Assembly: GCF_036321535.1 (NCBI RefSeq)
Contig: NC_087437.1
Coordinates: 21,268,001-21,332,000, forward strand
DNA length: 64,000 nucleotides
Direction: 5' to 3'
DNA from: Camelus dromedarius
Taxonomy: Eukaryota
Part shown: positions 25,601-38,904 of the stretch, piece after piece
Layout: each line of letters begins with the position of its first letter
Numbering within the stretch: the first letter of the stretch is position 1
Translations under genes and position numbers: made by a program
Notes under the pieces: generated by a model
Told to the model about the DNA's origin: nothing
What the model saw: the letters and a program-made list of their open reading frames with translations, nothing else
The model's database searches: none

Positions 25601-28338
25601 GGACCTCCACGATCATAAGGCACAATTTATATCCACACTTACTGAAGCTGCCTTCATCAGCGTGTCATCACAACATGAAGTGGATGAGACAGAATCACAC
25701 TGGGGCAGGGGCAGGGGCAGGGAGGGCTGGGCAGGTGCCGGGGCGCCGTCAGCACTGCTGTGGACACTTCCACACGAGGGCCAAACAGCGCAGGCTGTGT
25801 GCCACCCGCACGAGTGCTAACAGGGCAAGAATGCACTGACTGGGTGATACTATGTGCCGGAAAGGTCACCAGCTAAGCTGGCCCGAGAAGGGGGGAGGGA
25901 AAGGCCGCCTGAACTGCCCCCAAAGCAGACTGTGACCAGCACCCTCTGAGAGGGGTGTCCGTGGGGCCAGTAACCCCAAGCCACTCCTCTGAGGAAGCCT
26001 GAAGGCTGTGATCACAATCTCCTAACATTTCTTCTCTCCGATTTCTATAAACTTGAGACCAGATAAACCTATTTAGGGGAGAAACAGAATAACAAAACTT
26101 CTCTTTCTAAACTTCATCATCTAGCTTTCTGCTCAGGTAAAGCTTTACACAGTGATGTGTCCTGGTGACCACAGTGCGGCTCTGTGGGGTGTCCTCAGCA
26201 GGAAGCCAAACTTTACTGAGGGACAGAGGCTCCTGCCTGCCAAACACCACCACCAAAAACAAATGACAGGAGTCTTTGGTTGCTTTTTCTTCCACACCCA
26301 CAGTTCGTCAATGTACAGCACTACAGCGGCAGAGAGAACAGAGAAGGGAGCCTTCTCCTAGAACCCGGGCAAGGACCCTGCTCCTCTGCACGATGGTTAT
26401 GATGAGCAGGCCTGCCACCAATGCTGATGTGCAGGCCTGGGACCTGTAGCACGAAATTCAGAATCTGAAAAGCTAGCTGTGGCTCTTGGCCTCTCTGGGT
26501 CCCTGCTGGTCCCCCTCCAAGTACAGGGATGAGGAAGGTGAGGGTTGCTGAAGGGAAAGGCGGCCTCTCAGGAGAGTCTGAAGGGCCACCCGATTTTCCC
26601 TGACTGTGCAGCCAACCACCTTCCAGTCTGCCTGTCTCTGGGAGGCCCCCGGAGTGTGCTCAGACCCCTCCCCACCTGCCCCACCTCTGCCCTGAACACT
26701 CTGGGTCTGCACTATGGCTTATTTTTGACAGACTGAGCTTTGTCTCAAAGGAACTTAACACGGCACGCCCCAGGGTGTCAGCTGTTTGGCCGGCGCCCCT
26801 TCCCCGCCAGCTCACTGTCTACAGGCACAGGGCTTTTGTGCAAGAGCCTGCACACAGCTCCTGCACTCCCAGGGGCTTAGAAAGAGCTGGCTGGGGCTGG
26901 GGCTGAGCTCAGGGCCCAGGCCACAGACGCTAGATGCAGAATCTAGGGGCAAATCCAAATGCTTCAAGTCAAAGATTTGGAGTTCATTTTCCATGGTCAT
27001 TTCCTCATTCTCAAGGCCTTAATGTAAGCTTAGGTCAGGGTTTGGCCACGGGGGCAGGCGTCTCCATGAGGGACAGAGGCTCCTACCTGCCTCCATGCCC
27101 CATTCAGGGGAGCGGTAACCGCGAGCCCAGCACCACAAGGGTCCTGGTGGCACCTTTGGCTACAAGATAACATTTGTCTAAACACCCACGACCACACACC
27201 CGGTCACTTGGAGTGGTCAACGTTTCTCTGTATTTCTGTGAACACTGAATGTCGGGTTAGTATGAAATGCAATGTACCCCAGACTAAACCCAATATGGTC
27301 ATTCTGATTGATGAAAATGTAGGAAAGGTGACATGTACAGGAAAATTGCTGTTCATATTCTTGAAATACTTTTAAGACAAAAGTAATGACATTTGGTTCA
27401 TTTTCACAAATTGCACATTGGGTGAAGTCATACAATTATTATGGGGAACTGTAAGCAAGCAATTCGGTCATAGGAATTTGTTTTGTTTAAATGAAAAAGC
27501 TGTGTGAAATGCATAGCTTTGACCTTGATTAAAACGAGACACAATTTCCTTCTGTTAAAACTCCAGATTTAGAATGCTGGCGAAAGGCAGTGCTGGCAAA
27601 GTGTTTAATGCACGTGGAAATGCTATTCTATTTTGGCTTCCAGAAGTAGCCCTAGAAAATTCTATGCACCAATGCATTGGCTAATGGTAATTTCTGTTTT
27701 ACTATAAATTATTCTAAATGTCACTTAAGTACTTAAGATTTCACGCTCACTCCTTTCTAGAAGCCGTCTAAGGCAGCTGATGCGTAAAGCACCTCAACTA
27801 GGCTTTCAACTAGTTCAGCGGTTCGGTCTGCGCTCCGCGGGCCACAGGGGTTGCGTCTCACCCTCACGGTCCATCCCCTCCCCGCGGGAACCCCTCCCGT
27901 TCACGGCCGCCGGGTGAGAGGCGGCCCAGGCCGGGGGCGGGAGGCACGTGAGCGGCGGGGACAGGCCCCGGGGCGGTCTCGGTGCTAAGGAGGGCTGTGT
28001 GGGTGCGGGGGGCACAGAGGCCCCACCTCACGGAAGATAAATGCGCTATTTTCATGCTGCCAGTTCCCTGGGGACTGTCCCCTCTGCCACCTCAGGAGAG
28101 CACGCTTTGTTTGCGATGTGATCTATTGCTCTGTTGTCCAGAGTTTCCATTCACACTACGTTAACTTTCATCCCAATCATCTCAGCCTTCGTGTAATTTG
28201 CTTATTGTGTTTCCCTAGTTTTCACTGAACACACAGTGCAAACAAAGGCAAAGACTGAAGCAATCGTTTCAAAAACAAGAGCTCACACTAAAAACACACA
28301 TGAGCATCAAACAGTAAGACGCGGGCTTTGGCCTGTCT

Positions 28339-28522
28339 TTATTCTGGGGAGGAGGAGTCCTCCTCGTCCTCTTCCTCGTCCTCGTCGTTGAATGAGCAGG
28401 GGGTCTCGCCTCGGGACTCAGAGCAGTGAGAGGCCGCACTGCTGGACTGGTGACTGTTTGGGGCAAGGAACTGCCCGGTTGCTAAGGCCACTTCAGCATC
28501 CAAGCATAACCCTTGGTTTACG
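28339..28522 (-). CDS. TFDP2: TFDP2 last coding exon (184 bp incl. TAA), acidic tail
   Basis: tgtttgctag|C GTA...; VNQGLCLDAEVALATGQFLAPNSHQSSSAASHCSESRGETPCSFNDEDEEEDEEDSSSPE*. Confidence 0.96.
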
Positions 28523-28701
28523 CTAGCAAACAATTAAAAACACACAGGCTCATTAATGCGCTGGCCATTTTAAGCTTGGTAAAACACAGGAATAAAAGCA
28601 CGGGGGAAGGAGAGCCCACGCTGGCAGCAACACGCTGGCTCCCCCCTCCAGAGAGGCCCCGGCTCCACGGCTGGCCTGCTTCACCCTGAAAAAATACGTA
28701 C

Positions 28702-28807
28702 CTTGATTGGGACAAGGTGGCACCAGTGGTCAGGTCTAAATTTGAAGCTGACTGGGTGGAGTTCAAGAGCAGTCCCTGATTCAACCAAGAAGGTCCTGTG
28801 GAGATAT
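28702..28807 (-). CDS. TFDP2: TFDP2 exon (106 bp)
   Basis: ctcctgtag|AT ATC...TCA AG|gtacgt; DISTGPSWLNQGLLLNSTQSASNLDLTTGATLSQS. Confidence 0.95.
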
Positions 28808-29870
28808 CTACAGGAGATGCCAAAAAACAGAGGTAGCCCTTGTTACAGCCTGGAGAAAGCACAGACGAGGAAGGAAACCAGCCTGTTCTAAATTACAGCT
28901 GGAGAGATGGGTCTCCTGCCCTGGGAAGAACCCAGGTTTCTTCAGCTTGTGAAAAAGAAACTTCTAGAATATGAGCGTGGAGGAAATAAATACAGGAAGA
29001 AAGAATTCAAATGAAACCAATCACAGACCTTTTTCATTCTTTTTCCTTACATAAGACCTCGAGAGGGCAGCTCACGGAGTACAGGACTGCTGCACTATCC
29101 CTGGACACCTGCTGGACTCAGCACGAAAGCCTCTGACTGGGGTGTGAACAACCAAGCAGGAGGAGGGGAAGACAGCCGCGTCAGGATACCTCAGGCCGAA
29201 AGGACACACACATTTCTACCAGACCCCCCACGGCACCATCTTTTTAAGTGCCCTTGGTGAACTCTGCTATTATTCGCCAAAGATCTACTCTTTTTCCTGG
29301 TATCCTTTGCTTTACAACTCTGAACTAAACCTTATTTTAAAAGGCCACAGGCAGTCAGATTTTCATGAGCGTGAGACAGGCATTACAGTTTTAGTCTGCA
29401 TAACATATTTTGGATATCTCCTTGCTATCTCATTTGCTATGCATTTACCACATTTCTCCCATCACAACCTTGACCAATTCTCACTGTCATTGGACTTGTG
29501 TAACCCTCGTCTCCTCATCTAGGATGTTAGCTCAGAGAAGGCAGTGACTGGCACACGTATGATGGAAATGTTAGTGAATGAGTGAGTATCCTCTTTCAAC
29601 AGTGAGGTTACGTCGGTGGTAAATATATTAGAAATGCATTCCTAGAAAGAAATCATTTGACTTACATTGTAAGGTAAGACCAAATGTATGCTCAGAAAAG
29701 GTAATTTGCCATAATGAGCTTTTATTATATTTAATCAAAATGTGCTTAATAATTATTGTGCAAAAATTATAAAAACAAAAAATAAAGTGTGTACTTGGAT
29801 TGGAAACTCTGCTATCCTGGCACTATTTGCCCAAGTGAGAGGCTTCCCATGTAGGAAAAAAGTAAATTTT

Positions 29871-29998
29871 GGGGGAGAGGGAATAGCTCAGTGGTAGAGT
29901 GCATGCTTGGCACGCATGACGTCTTGGGTTCAATCCCCAATACTTCCTCTAAATAAATAAATGAGTAAATCTAATTACCCCCCCAAAGTTAAAAAAAA
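29871..29998 (+). mobile_element. Vic-1-type tRNA-Ala-derived SINE
   Basis: gggggagagggaatagctcagtggtagagtgcatgctt...gggttcaatcccc, A-rich linker, ctaattaccccccc tail. Confidence 0.85.
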
Positions 29999-31114
29999 TC
30001 TATTAAAAAATACTGACTGTACTTCCATTAAAAAAATAAAATAAATTGAATGACTACATTAATCTTAGAGCGGCCCTGTGAACCTTTTCTTCACAGGCTA
30101 AGGCAGCCGTAGAGGGGGAAAAAAAAACAAAAAAGAAAAAAAAACCCCAAAAGCCTTCAATGCTAAGAATAGCAGACTTCAAATACATTAAATAAGAGCA
30201 AGTCTGTACACGATGAAATTAAAGCCAGAATCCTGTGCTAAATATTAATTAGTACGTATGGAAACTCACTGTCAGAACACAGCTACTGACTTGTGAGCGC
30301 GCTGCCTCATGTTGTCTTTTCACCGTGGCTCTGAAAAGCCGGCATTTCTTTGACACTGTCACGGGGCCCACACGTTGGTTCTCACAATCGTCCTCACGGG
30401 CCACTCTGCACACTGAAGGCCCACGTTTCTGCTTCTGAACCAACAAGAATCTATCCTAGTCTGCAAATGAGGTCACACACAGATCAAAACCACAGAGCCT
30501 GCCTAATGGCCCTGAGTCTTTTCACTGAGAATAAGCTGAAATAAAGTTCTGGTGATTTATGGAGCAAGACCTTTATGCAGATCCTGCGAGGCTGCCAGTA
30601 CGACTGAGCTGCTACTGAAACAGCAGGTCCTCCTCTGTGGGGAGCGAGGGAAAACGGAGAGGGTTGGGGTGAAGATGAAGCGGGTGAGGAGGCAAACAGG
30701 AGTCACACTTAGAGGAGGTGGATGGTGCGAATTTCAGAACTAAATCCTACAGATACCAAATCTCAATCAACAAACTCTTGTGTCGTGACCAAAAGAATCA
30801 ACGGACTCTTGCGTCATGACCAAAGGGCCAAAACTCATAAACCAAAACAAAGTGAAAACCACCTCTTTGGTTATATTTGGCTTAATACACCTTAGAACTA
30901 ATGCCTTTAAAACATGATGTTAAATTCTAGGTAGCAATACTTATAAATGAAGGAAACTGGTCAAAGCAAAGGCAAAAGAATGCTTTTGTCAGTTAGATGT
31001 CCAGAATATACCACAGTCTGAGGAAAGAGGACAATCACAAAGATTTCTGAATTAGTGGAAAAAAATGTGCATTTTGGAACATGCAAAACACAGTGCTGCT
31101 TACTCAGCATACTC

Positions 31115-32035
31115 TTATAACTCATAATGAAAAGACAACCCAATTTAAAAATAGGCAGAGCATCTGAATAGACATTTCTCCAAGGAAGATATACAAATGG
31201 CCACTGAACACATGAAGAGAGGCTCACCATCATCGGTCATTAGGAAAATGCAAGTGGAAACCACAGCGAAATACCACTTCACATCTACCTGGATGGCTAG
31301 TGAAAAAGATGAACAGGGGGAGGGTACAGCTCAAGTGCTAGAGCACAGGCTTAGCATGCACAAGGTCCTGGGTTCAAATCTTCAGTACCTACTCTGAAAA
31401 TAAATAAAACTAATTACCCCCCCTCCACCAAGAAAAGATGAACAGTAACAAGTGTTGAGAAGGATGTGGAGAAATCGGAACCCTTTTACACTGCTGGCAG
31501 GATTGTAAAATTGTCCAACTGCTTTGGGAAATAGTATACCACTGCCAGGTAGACACCAACGGAACTGAAAACTTACATTCACACAAAAACATGTTCAAGA
31601 ATGTTTATAGCAACATCATTTGTAAATAATCAAAAAGTGAGAAAAATCAAAATATCCTCCAATCAACAGATAAAGATGTGTGCTATATCCACAAAAGGGC
31701 AATAAACAGGGATGAAGTACTGATACGTGCTACGGCATGGATGAATCTGGAAAACATTATCCTAAGTAAAAGTCAGTCGCAAAGGCTTCATACTGTATGA
31801 TTCTGTTTATATGGGCAAATCCACAGTGACAGAAAATAGGTTAGTGGTTGCCAGGAGCTGGGAGGAATGGGGAAATAGGGGGTGACTGCTAATACATATG
31901 GGGTTTCTTGTTGGAGAGAGAAAATGATCTAGAATTAGACGTGAGAAATGCATAATGTAAATATACTAAAAACCACTGACTTTTACACTTTAAAATGGTG
32001 CATTTTATGTGAGCTAAATCTCAAAAAAAAAAAAA
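31115..32035 (+). mobile_element. L1M (L1MB-like) ORF2 end and 3' UTR, interrupted by a SINE
   Basis: aatagacatttctccaaggaagatatacaaatggcc...atggatgaatctggaaaacattat...ending in poly(A) ~32024-32035. Confidence 0.8.
31317..31432 (+). mobile_element. Vic-1-type SINE nested in L1
   Basis: ggggagggtacagctcaagtgctagagc...ctgggttcaa; exact 13-bp TSD aaaagatgaacag at 31304-31316 and 31433-31445. Confidence 0.9.
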
Positions 32036-32680
32036 TTTACAAGGATATCATTTCGCATCCACTTGACTGGGAAGGTAGAACCTTTCCACTCTGCAGATGA
32101 GAGTGTAACTTGGCAAAATCAAATTGGAAAACTGTGGCGTCATCTAGTGAAAATGAAGATGCCCCTGGCTCTGACCCAGCAGGCTCACTTACACACCTGC
32201 ACCTGGTCCCAGGGCTACAGTAATAGGAATGCTCAAAGTAGCGCTGTTATCAAGAAATTGGAAACAAGACTACAGGTTTATCATCAGTAAAATGAACAAG
32301 TAAATTGCGACATATTCACATAATGGAATTCTACACAGCAGTGAAAGTGTAGGCGTGATGGCTACCTTACATCACGTGGACAAACGTGAAGAAAATGAGG
32401 TTACGTGACAAAATCATCAAGTCACCAAAGAATCTATCATTACGATTCCATTTATATAAAGGTGAGAAGTAGGCAAAACTAACAAATTGTTTCCAGCTCA
32501 CTGTGTTTGTGTTTGTCTAAAGAAAAGCAGGTGGTGATAAACAAGAAATTCAGGAGCGTGGGAACACTTGGGGACAGGGACAGCACAGACTCGAGGGCGG
32601 GCACTCAGTGGGCTTTCATTTCCTACGAGAAAGGTTTTAACAAGTTGGGGTCTGGTATGTGAAAGCGTTAGTTGACATAC

Positions 32681-32847
32681 CTGTGATATAACCTTCTAAA
32701 GCCTTTGGCACCAGCGATTTAGCGAGTTTCAGATCCTCCAGGGAGCACGTGCCTGACTCCAGGCCAAAGGACATCCCCATCCGCTTTAGTACTTCTATGT
32801 CGTCATGAATCTCGAAGGTGTTGTCAAAATTAAACAGATATTCAAAC
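32681..32847 (-). CDS. TFDP2: TFDP2 exon (167 bp)
   Basis: ctgatgcag|G TTT...ACA G|gtatgt; [55 protein letters not shown]. Confidence 0.96.
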
Positions 32848-33203
32848 CTGCATCAGGAAACAAAGTTAGTGTGGGATTTTCCGTGGTATTGGGGAGGCCT
32901 GAATAGTTTTGTTCTCTGTGTATAGTCAATAAAAGAATGACCCAAGCTCAGCTATGATACTAGAAATTGTTACCATTGAGAGCAATGGGTCATTCTGCTG
33001 GGTTCAGAAGAATGACATCTCAAATAAACTACTTTCCCAGTTAAAACAATTTTCCTCCGACAGACAACAGGAGTTCATAAATTTCAGCCCTCATTAAGCT
33101 GTTGCAAACTGGAGACAGAAGTTTTGGTCTAAATCCAATACTTTTCAAAGTTGTCTAATAGCTTTGTCACAAAAAGTGAAATATTAAGGAAGCCCTTCCA
33201 AGT

Positions 33204-34150
33204 AGATATTTTCCCAAAGACAGTCCTAGGGATAGCCAAGAGACACAAGGAAAGAACCTTGACATCACCAGTCACTAGGGAAATGCAAATCAAAAATCAC
33301 AATGAATTACCACCTTACACCTCTCAGAATGGCTATCATCAAAAAGACAACAAATAACAAACGTTGGCGAGGATGTGGAGAAAAGGGAGCACTGTGGAGG
33401 GAATGTAAACTGGTACAGCCACTATGGGAAACAGTACGGAGGCTCCTCAAAAAGTTAAATATAGAACTGCCATATAATCCAGCAACCCCACTTCTAGGTA
33501 TTTACCTGAAGAAAATAAAAACACTAATTCAAAAAGATATATGCCCACCAGTGTTCACTGCAGCATCACTGACAAAAGCCAAGATATGGAAGCACCTTCA
33601 GTGTCTATCAACAGACGAATGAATGAAGAAGGTGTAGTGTGGAAAAAAAAAAAGGTGTAGTGTGCACATACATACACACGCGCATGCACACACACATACA
33701 CACGTAGAGCAATATTATTACTCAGCCATGAAAAAAAGAAACTTGCCATTTGCAACAACACGGATAGATCTAGAGGGTATTAAGCTAAGAGAAATCAGAC
33801 AGAGAAAGAAATACCATACGACCTCACTCACATGTGGAATCTAAAAAAACAAGTAAAATGAGAGTAGACTCACAGTTACAGGGAACAAACGGAGTGGGAG
33901 GAGGTGGTGGGTGAAATAGGTGAAGGGGATTAAAAGGTGAAAACCTCCAATTATAAAATAAGTAAGCCACGGGGATATAACACACAACATAAGGAACACG
34001 GTCAATAATGTAATAAATTTGTATGGGGACAGATGGTTACTAGACTTATCGTGGTGATCATTTTGTAATGTATGCAAATGTCGGATCATTAAGTTGTACC
34101 TGAAACTAACATAATATTGTATGTCAACTACACTTCAATAAAAATATATA
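33204..34150 (+). mobile_element. L1 (L1MA-like) ORF2 end and 3' UTR
   Basis: ORF 33302-33622 ([13 protein letters not shown]...CGEKG...[10 protein letters not shown]...[13 protein letters not shown]) is the L1 ORF2 C-terminus; ends gtcaactacacttcaataaaa. Confidence 0.88.
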
Positions 34151-36214
34151 AAGCAAGTGAAGCACTCATTAAAAACACACACACAAAGAAAGCCTTTCCA
34201 ATTTAATATCTAACATTTCTACTATGAGTTCGCGTACTGGGATTGAGAAAAAAGCATTTTGGATGCTTACTACTTCATTTTCACAGTCAAGTGTTAGCTA
34301 CACCATACTTAAGATGATCAATAAATGGAAGACTTCTCACAAACTAACCAGCCCCCAAATCCTGCCCTGAGGGCCTAAGAAGTAAAAATGCCTTAAGAAA
34401 ACAGTGCCCCATATCCTACACAGCCCATTTCCAAATGTTCTTGAAAAGTACCAAATCAAGATGCCCAGCTGCCTGGCACAGGCTTTCAATAAACAGGCAA
34501 ACATAAGAAGAAACAGTCCTGACTCCCAGGCTCGGCCCCGGGGCACCTCATTCACAGACCAAGGCCCCTCCGGGACAGGGTGCAGGTGGGTGTTCTGGGA
34601 CAATGGTGGACTTAAATGCTGTCATGAAATTCTATTAAAATCACATAAGGGTAAAACTTTTTAATGCTAGATCTTAGATCAGGGCAAAAATTATAATTTA
34701 AAGCAGAATGCCATATTTAAGTTAAGTACATGAATCTGAATAAAGTACATTAACAGATCTTCAGAGAAAAAAAAAAAAACCTCCCAAAATCTGGAGAGAT
34801 GCCGCCCCAAGGATGACAGGCATGTGTTAAAAGCTGATGGTTTTGTAAATTTAATCCTCATTGTGGGAAAGCCCCCTGGCTACCTCAGGGGAAAAGGTTA
34901 CATCATCTAAGTAACTGAAAGACAAGACTTTAGGACCCACCTTGAATAACAAGCTTGTACAGGCAGCTCACAGCCTCCTTCACTGCGCCCAGGAGAAGGC
35001 AAGGAAAGGGCACGAGTCAATAACCACCCAAGAAGGAAGCCTCACTAGACCCCAGCCTGGGGTGAAGAGAATCCATCATTCCCTTGGGCCACTGGTCCCC
35101 CGACCTTGCTGCTACTCTTTTAAGACTTAAATAACTAACCAAAGAAGAGAATTTAACAATTCCCCACAAAACAAGAGACTAACTAGAGAGAGTAACTATA
35201 ACTCTGAACAGTTTGTTTTTCCCGAAAATATGTTAACCATTCTCCAGAATTCTCAGATTTATGAGATAATGTTAACAGTCCTTTTAGTCATAGGTTTCTG
35301 TAAAGAATTTTAAGTATGTGAACAATAATACAGGCATCTGCCATTTTCTGAGCCCTGGGCTAGTCTGTTGCAAATTTAACTCTTGTAAACCAGCAGGTTA
35401 AGTACTACAGTTCTTGTTTTTATGGAGGAAGAAATGAGATCTCAGACAAGCTAGGAAACTACGGAGCTAGCAGCAAGACCGGAAGGTGGGTCTTCAGACT
35501 TTACAGCTTGCGTGGTCCCTACTGTTTCTGTGTCTACGGTCTGAATTATCAAATGCTTTTTAAATCCCTGCTCACTATTTATCTTCCTCATCTTTTTTTT
35601 TTTTTTTTCGGTGCCTTCTTATTTAAGTGAACCAGAATCTCTGTATGCAATCAAGACAGACAGGGAAGCAACACTGCCAGAGAAAACAGTGGGAAAAACC
35701 AGGGATGGTAAAGCCCAAGGGTGACGCTGTGGGTCTAAGGAGACCAGAAGGTGGTCCCGGGACAGCCCTGAGCTGTGCCTCTGGTACTCATGTGATCACT
35801 GAGCCCTCTTTTACTCTCAAACATACCCCAGTTGGGGTGATTCATTATATGCTGACTCCTTGCAACAGCAGATAATATTTACAAAGCACTTGCCTTGAGT
35901 CAGACCCCTTCAGGCACTATCTCATTTAACCCTCACAACAAGGCTGAGGAAGTAACAGAGGCCCTTCTTGTTCAGCCCTTCTTGTTCTTCAGGAAACAGG
36001 GCTTTGGAGCAATTTCACAAGGCAGCTACAATCCGCACCTGCACCTGCCTCACTCCGCACCCTATGCCTTAACCACCTCCATAGTGGTCACGGCCTAAAG
36101 ACCACTGCTATTGTCAGGAAGGGTAAAATAAATTACAAATTCTGTATTTTTGAAAACTGCTTCTTCTTATTCACTATGATAAATATTGCCATCAATCTTA
36201 GTTAAAATTTTTTA

Positions 36215-36715
36215 AATGTTGGTGGGAATATAAATTGGTGCAACTGCTATGGTAAACAGTATGGAGGTTCCTCAAAAAATTATAAATAGAACTACCATAT
36301 AATCCAGTAATCCTACTTCTGGATATTTATCTGAAGGAAACAAAATTGTTATCCTGAAAAGATATCTGCACACATGTGTTCATTGACTGTAGCATTATTT
36401 ACAACAGCCTAGGCACGGAAACAGCTTGTGTCCATCACTGGATAAATGGATAAAGAAGATGTGGTGTACATACACAATGGCATATTCTGCCATTAAAAAA
36501 AGAATGAAATCCTGCCATTTGCATCAACATGGATGGACCTTGAGGATATTATGCTAAGTGAAATAATAAGTCAGAGAAAGACGAATACTGTATGGTCTCA
36601 TTTGTAGGTGGAATCTAAAAAAAACTGAATTCCTACATGCAGAGAACAGATTGGTGGTGGCCAGAGATGAGGGTGGTAAGTGAAATGAAGGAAGGTGGTC
36701 AAAAAAAAAAACAAA
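36215..36715 (+). mobile_element. L1MA-like ORF2 end/3' UTR fragment
   Basis: ggtgggaatataaattggtgcaac...agaactaccatataatccag...atggatggaccttgagg. Confidence 0.8.
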
Positions 36716-37254
36716 ACTTCAAGTAATCAGATAACTTAAGATAGAAAGAAAGCAAGCAGAGAATGCATCTAGCATTTTCACATCTATTCATTAGTAAGCA
36801 GAAGCACACTCAGTTATGATATAACAAAACAAAGAACAGCTACAGTGCCACATGCTGATTTAAACTACTTCCACAATGAACTATGGTAGTGAGTCACCAG
36901 CGAACCTACCCTGTCCTAGACCCTCAATGATGCTTTGCCTTACTGCAGGTACCTGCCTGGAGTTACACCACATACACGTACATACACACACCTCCTGGCT
37001 TGGGCCCAGGCACCGCTATGCATGGAACACAGGCAGAAGGGTGGCAGGCCCAAGGGAGGGGGGCTGCGAGCGTGCATGACGAAGCACGTGCTAGTACATG
37101 ACAGTGCACCACGTCTGCAAAGCCTCCTCCTCTTGCCCTAGGAAGTCAGCCCTGGAGGGCTCAGATAATGGACTACAACCTTCTTTATTTTGCAAATGAA
37201 ATGAATGCCTTCACAGGAGGCCAGCCCTGCATCCTTCCCCAGTTCTCCACTTAC

Positions 37255-37406
37255 TTGTCGCTGGAGATGCTGCAGTCTATGACTGTCTTCCTGCTTGTGT
37301 TGATGATTATAAATGGCAGCTGGATGGTGGAGTTCAGAGCTGGAGGGCCCTGGTTCTGCTGTTCATTTTGCCGATTTCTCTGTACCAGGTTTTTGAAAGC
37401 GATTTG
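37255..37406 (-). CDS. TFDP2: TFDP2 exon (152 bp)
   Basis: cattccag|CAA...GAC AA|gtaagt; [51 protein letters not shown]. Confidence 0.96.
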
Positions 37407-38904
37407 CTGGAATGATCAATGAAAAAAAAAATATATATAGTCATTTAATGTGGATAGGTGAGTTGGAACTAAATGAATTAAGATAAATACAGTTAAAATA
37501 TAGTTTAAAATTAGAGCATTTAGAGAGGTCTTCCACCTGTGAATTAATTAAAATTAAACATTTCAGAAAAAGATCAGAATTAGCCAACTCTATGTATCAA
37601 GGGGAAAATATACATTTAAACGTGTCTAACATATGCTAGTATAAATAATGGGGCCCATGGTTTCCATTAGCCACAGAAACAGGATTTTCCAAACCTGCGA
37701 GAGCCTGGTGGCACCTGCAACTCTTCTTCGAGTGAGTGATACAGCGAAGTGACACCCAGTGAACTTGTTCTCCATTTTTCTAACACAGACTCCTGAGAGT
37801 TTAGGGTTAAATATCCCTCTTAGATTGTTCAGCCTAGAAATATACAAACTTTACAAAGCCCCAGAACCTTTTCTTCAAATGAAATCTTACGAGCCACCCA
37901 CTGTTTGTAAAAGAGATGGAAGTAGCATTGCTCTGATTGGCTGCAGTGAGGCTGAGGGCTGAGGGCTGAGCCCTGTCAGTTCTGCCCTGACCCACCTTGG
38001 TTCCTTCACAGAAAAACTTCTAAGCATCTTTTAGGGCACAGTTTGGAGTCTGGCCCAACTGTCTCCCCACCTGACATCTTCCAGATGAGGAAACTGACAC
38101 TTAGCACTGATTCCAAGGTATACTGAGGCCTGAATCTTTATACTGAAACTTGCTGCTACTTTTAGTTACAACCATTAGGCAAAAGAAAAAGAAAGCGACC
38201 CTCCCTTCCCGTCTGTAATAAGACAGATGTATTGCAGCATTCCACAGCTAGAAAGGCCTTATCGGCTGAAGTCTTTCATCTGCTGGAAACAGATCCTGCT
38301 TACTGCTTTTCAAAAGCTCCTGCAGTCAGAGCCTTCCATCCCTTTCATCAGCTCATTCCATCTTCTCACCCACTGGTGATGAATTTCAGTCCTTTTCTGT
38401 TTTAGCAACCTTATCCCAGGACTGTTTAGGTTCTGGGCCTTAACTGAAGTTTGATTAAAATTATTGTTATCTTAAAAGGGCTGGGTGCTCTCTGTCTAGA
38501 AAGTGAACATGTACTCTTTTAAAATGCACAAAACAGATGGGACACCAATTTATTCTAGCCCTAAATGTGGGTCCAAAAAATCACTATCAAAAAACCATCA
38601 CTATCAATATCATTCATTACCAAACATGGCCTACGCCGCACTTTTTTGTTATTTTCTACTGTTAACGAACTAAGGCTACTTTATGGTCAATGCTTAATTC
38701 ACTTAATGTTCAGGGAAAGTATGCTGAAACTGTAAAACTGGGAAAAAGATTTCTATGTTTGAATACATCTGCCTAGCTTCCCTTCCCTTCCAGAAGAAGA
38801 ATCTCGGAGACACTTCCATAATTTACCTAGCTTTGTGGTCCAGGGCCATGAGAGGGCCTCGCTATGGGGGGAATATAAACAATTGATAAGTAAGAGTTTT
38901 TACA

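Noticed and set aside
28518..28862. 114-aa ORF extending the penultimate TFDP2 exon through flanking introns
   Set aside because: Only 28702-28807 matches DP-2 and has canonical splice sites; the rest is intron that happens to be open
33302..33622. 106-aa ORF as a host gene (also 57054-57392 and 31197-31397)
   Set aside because: Degenerate L1 ORF2 C-terminal sequence
37948..37975. Short tandem units (gagggct repeats; also aatacctaaa x2 near 47196 and atcactatcaa x2 near 38580)
   Set aside because: Ordinary slippage duplications with no spacer structure
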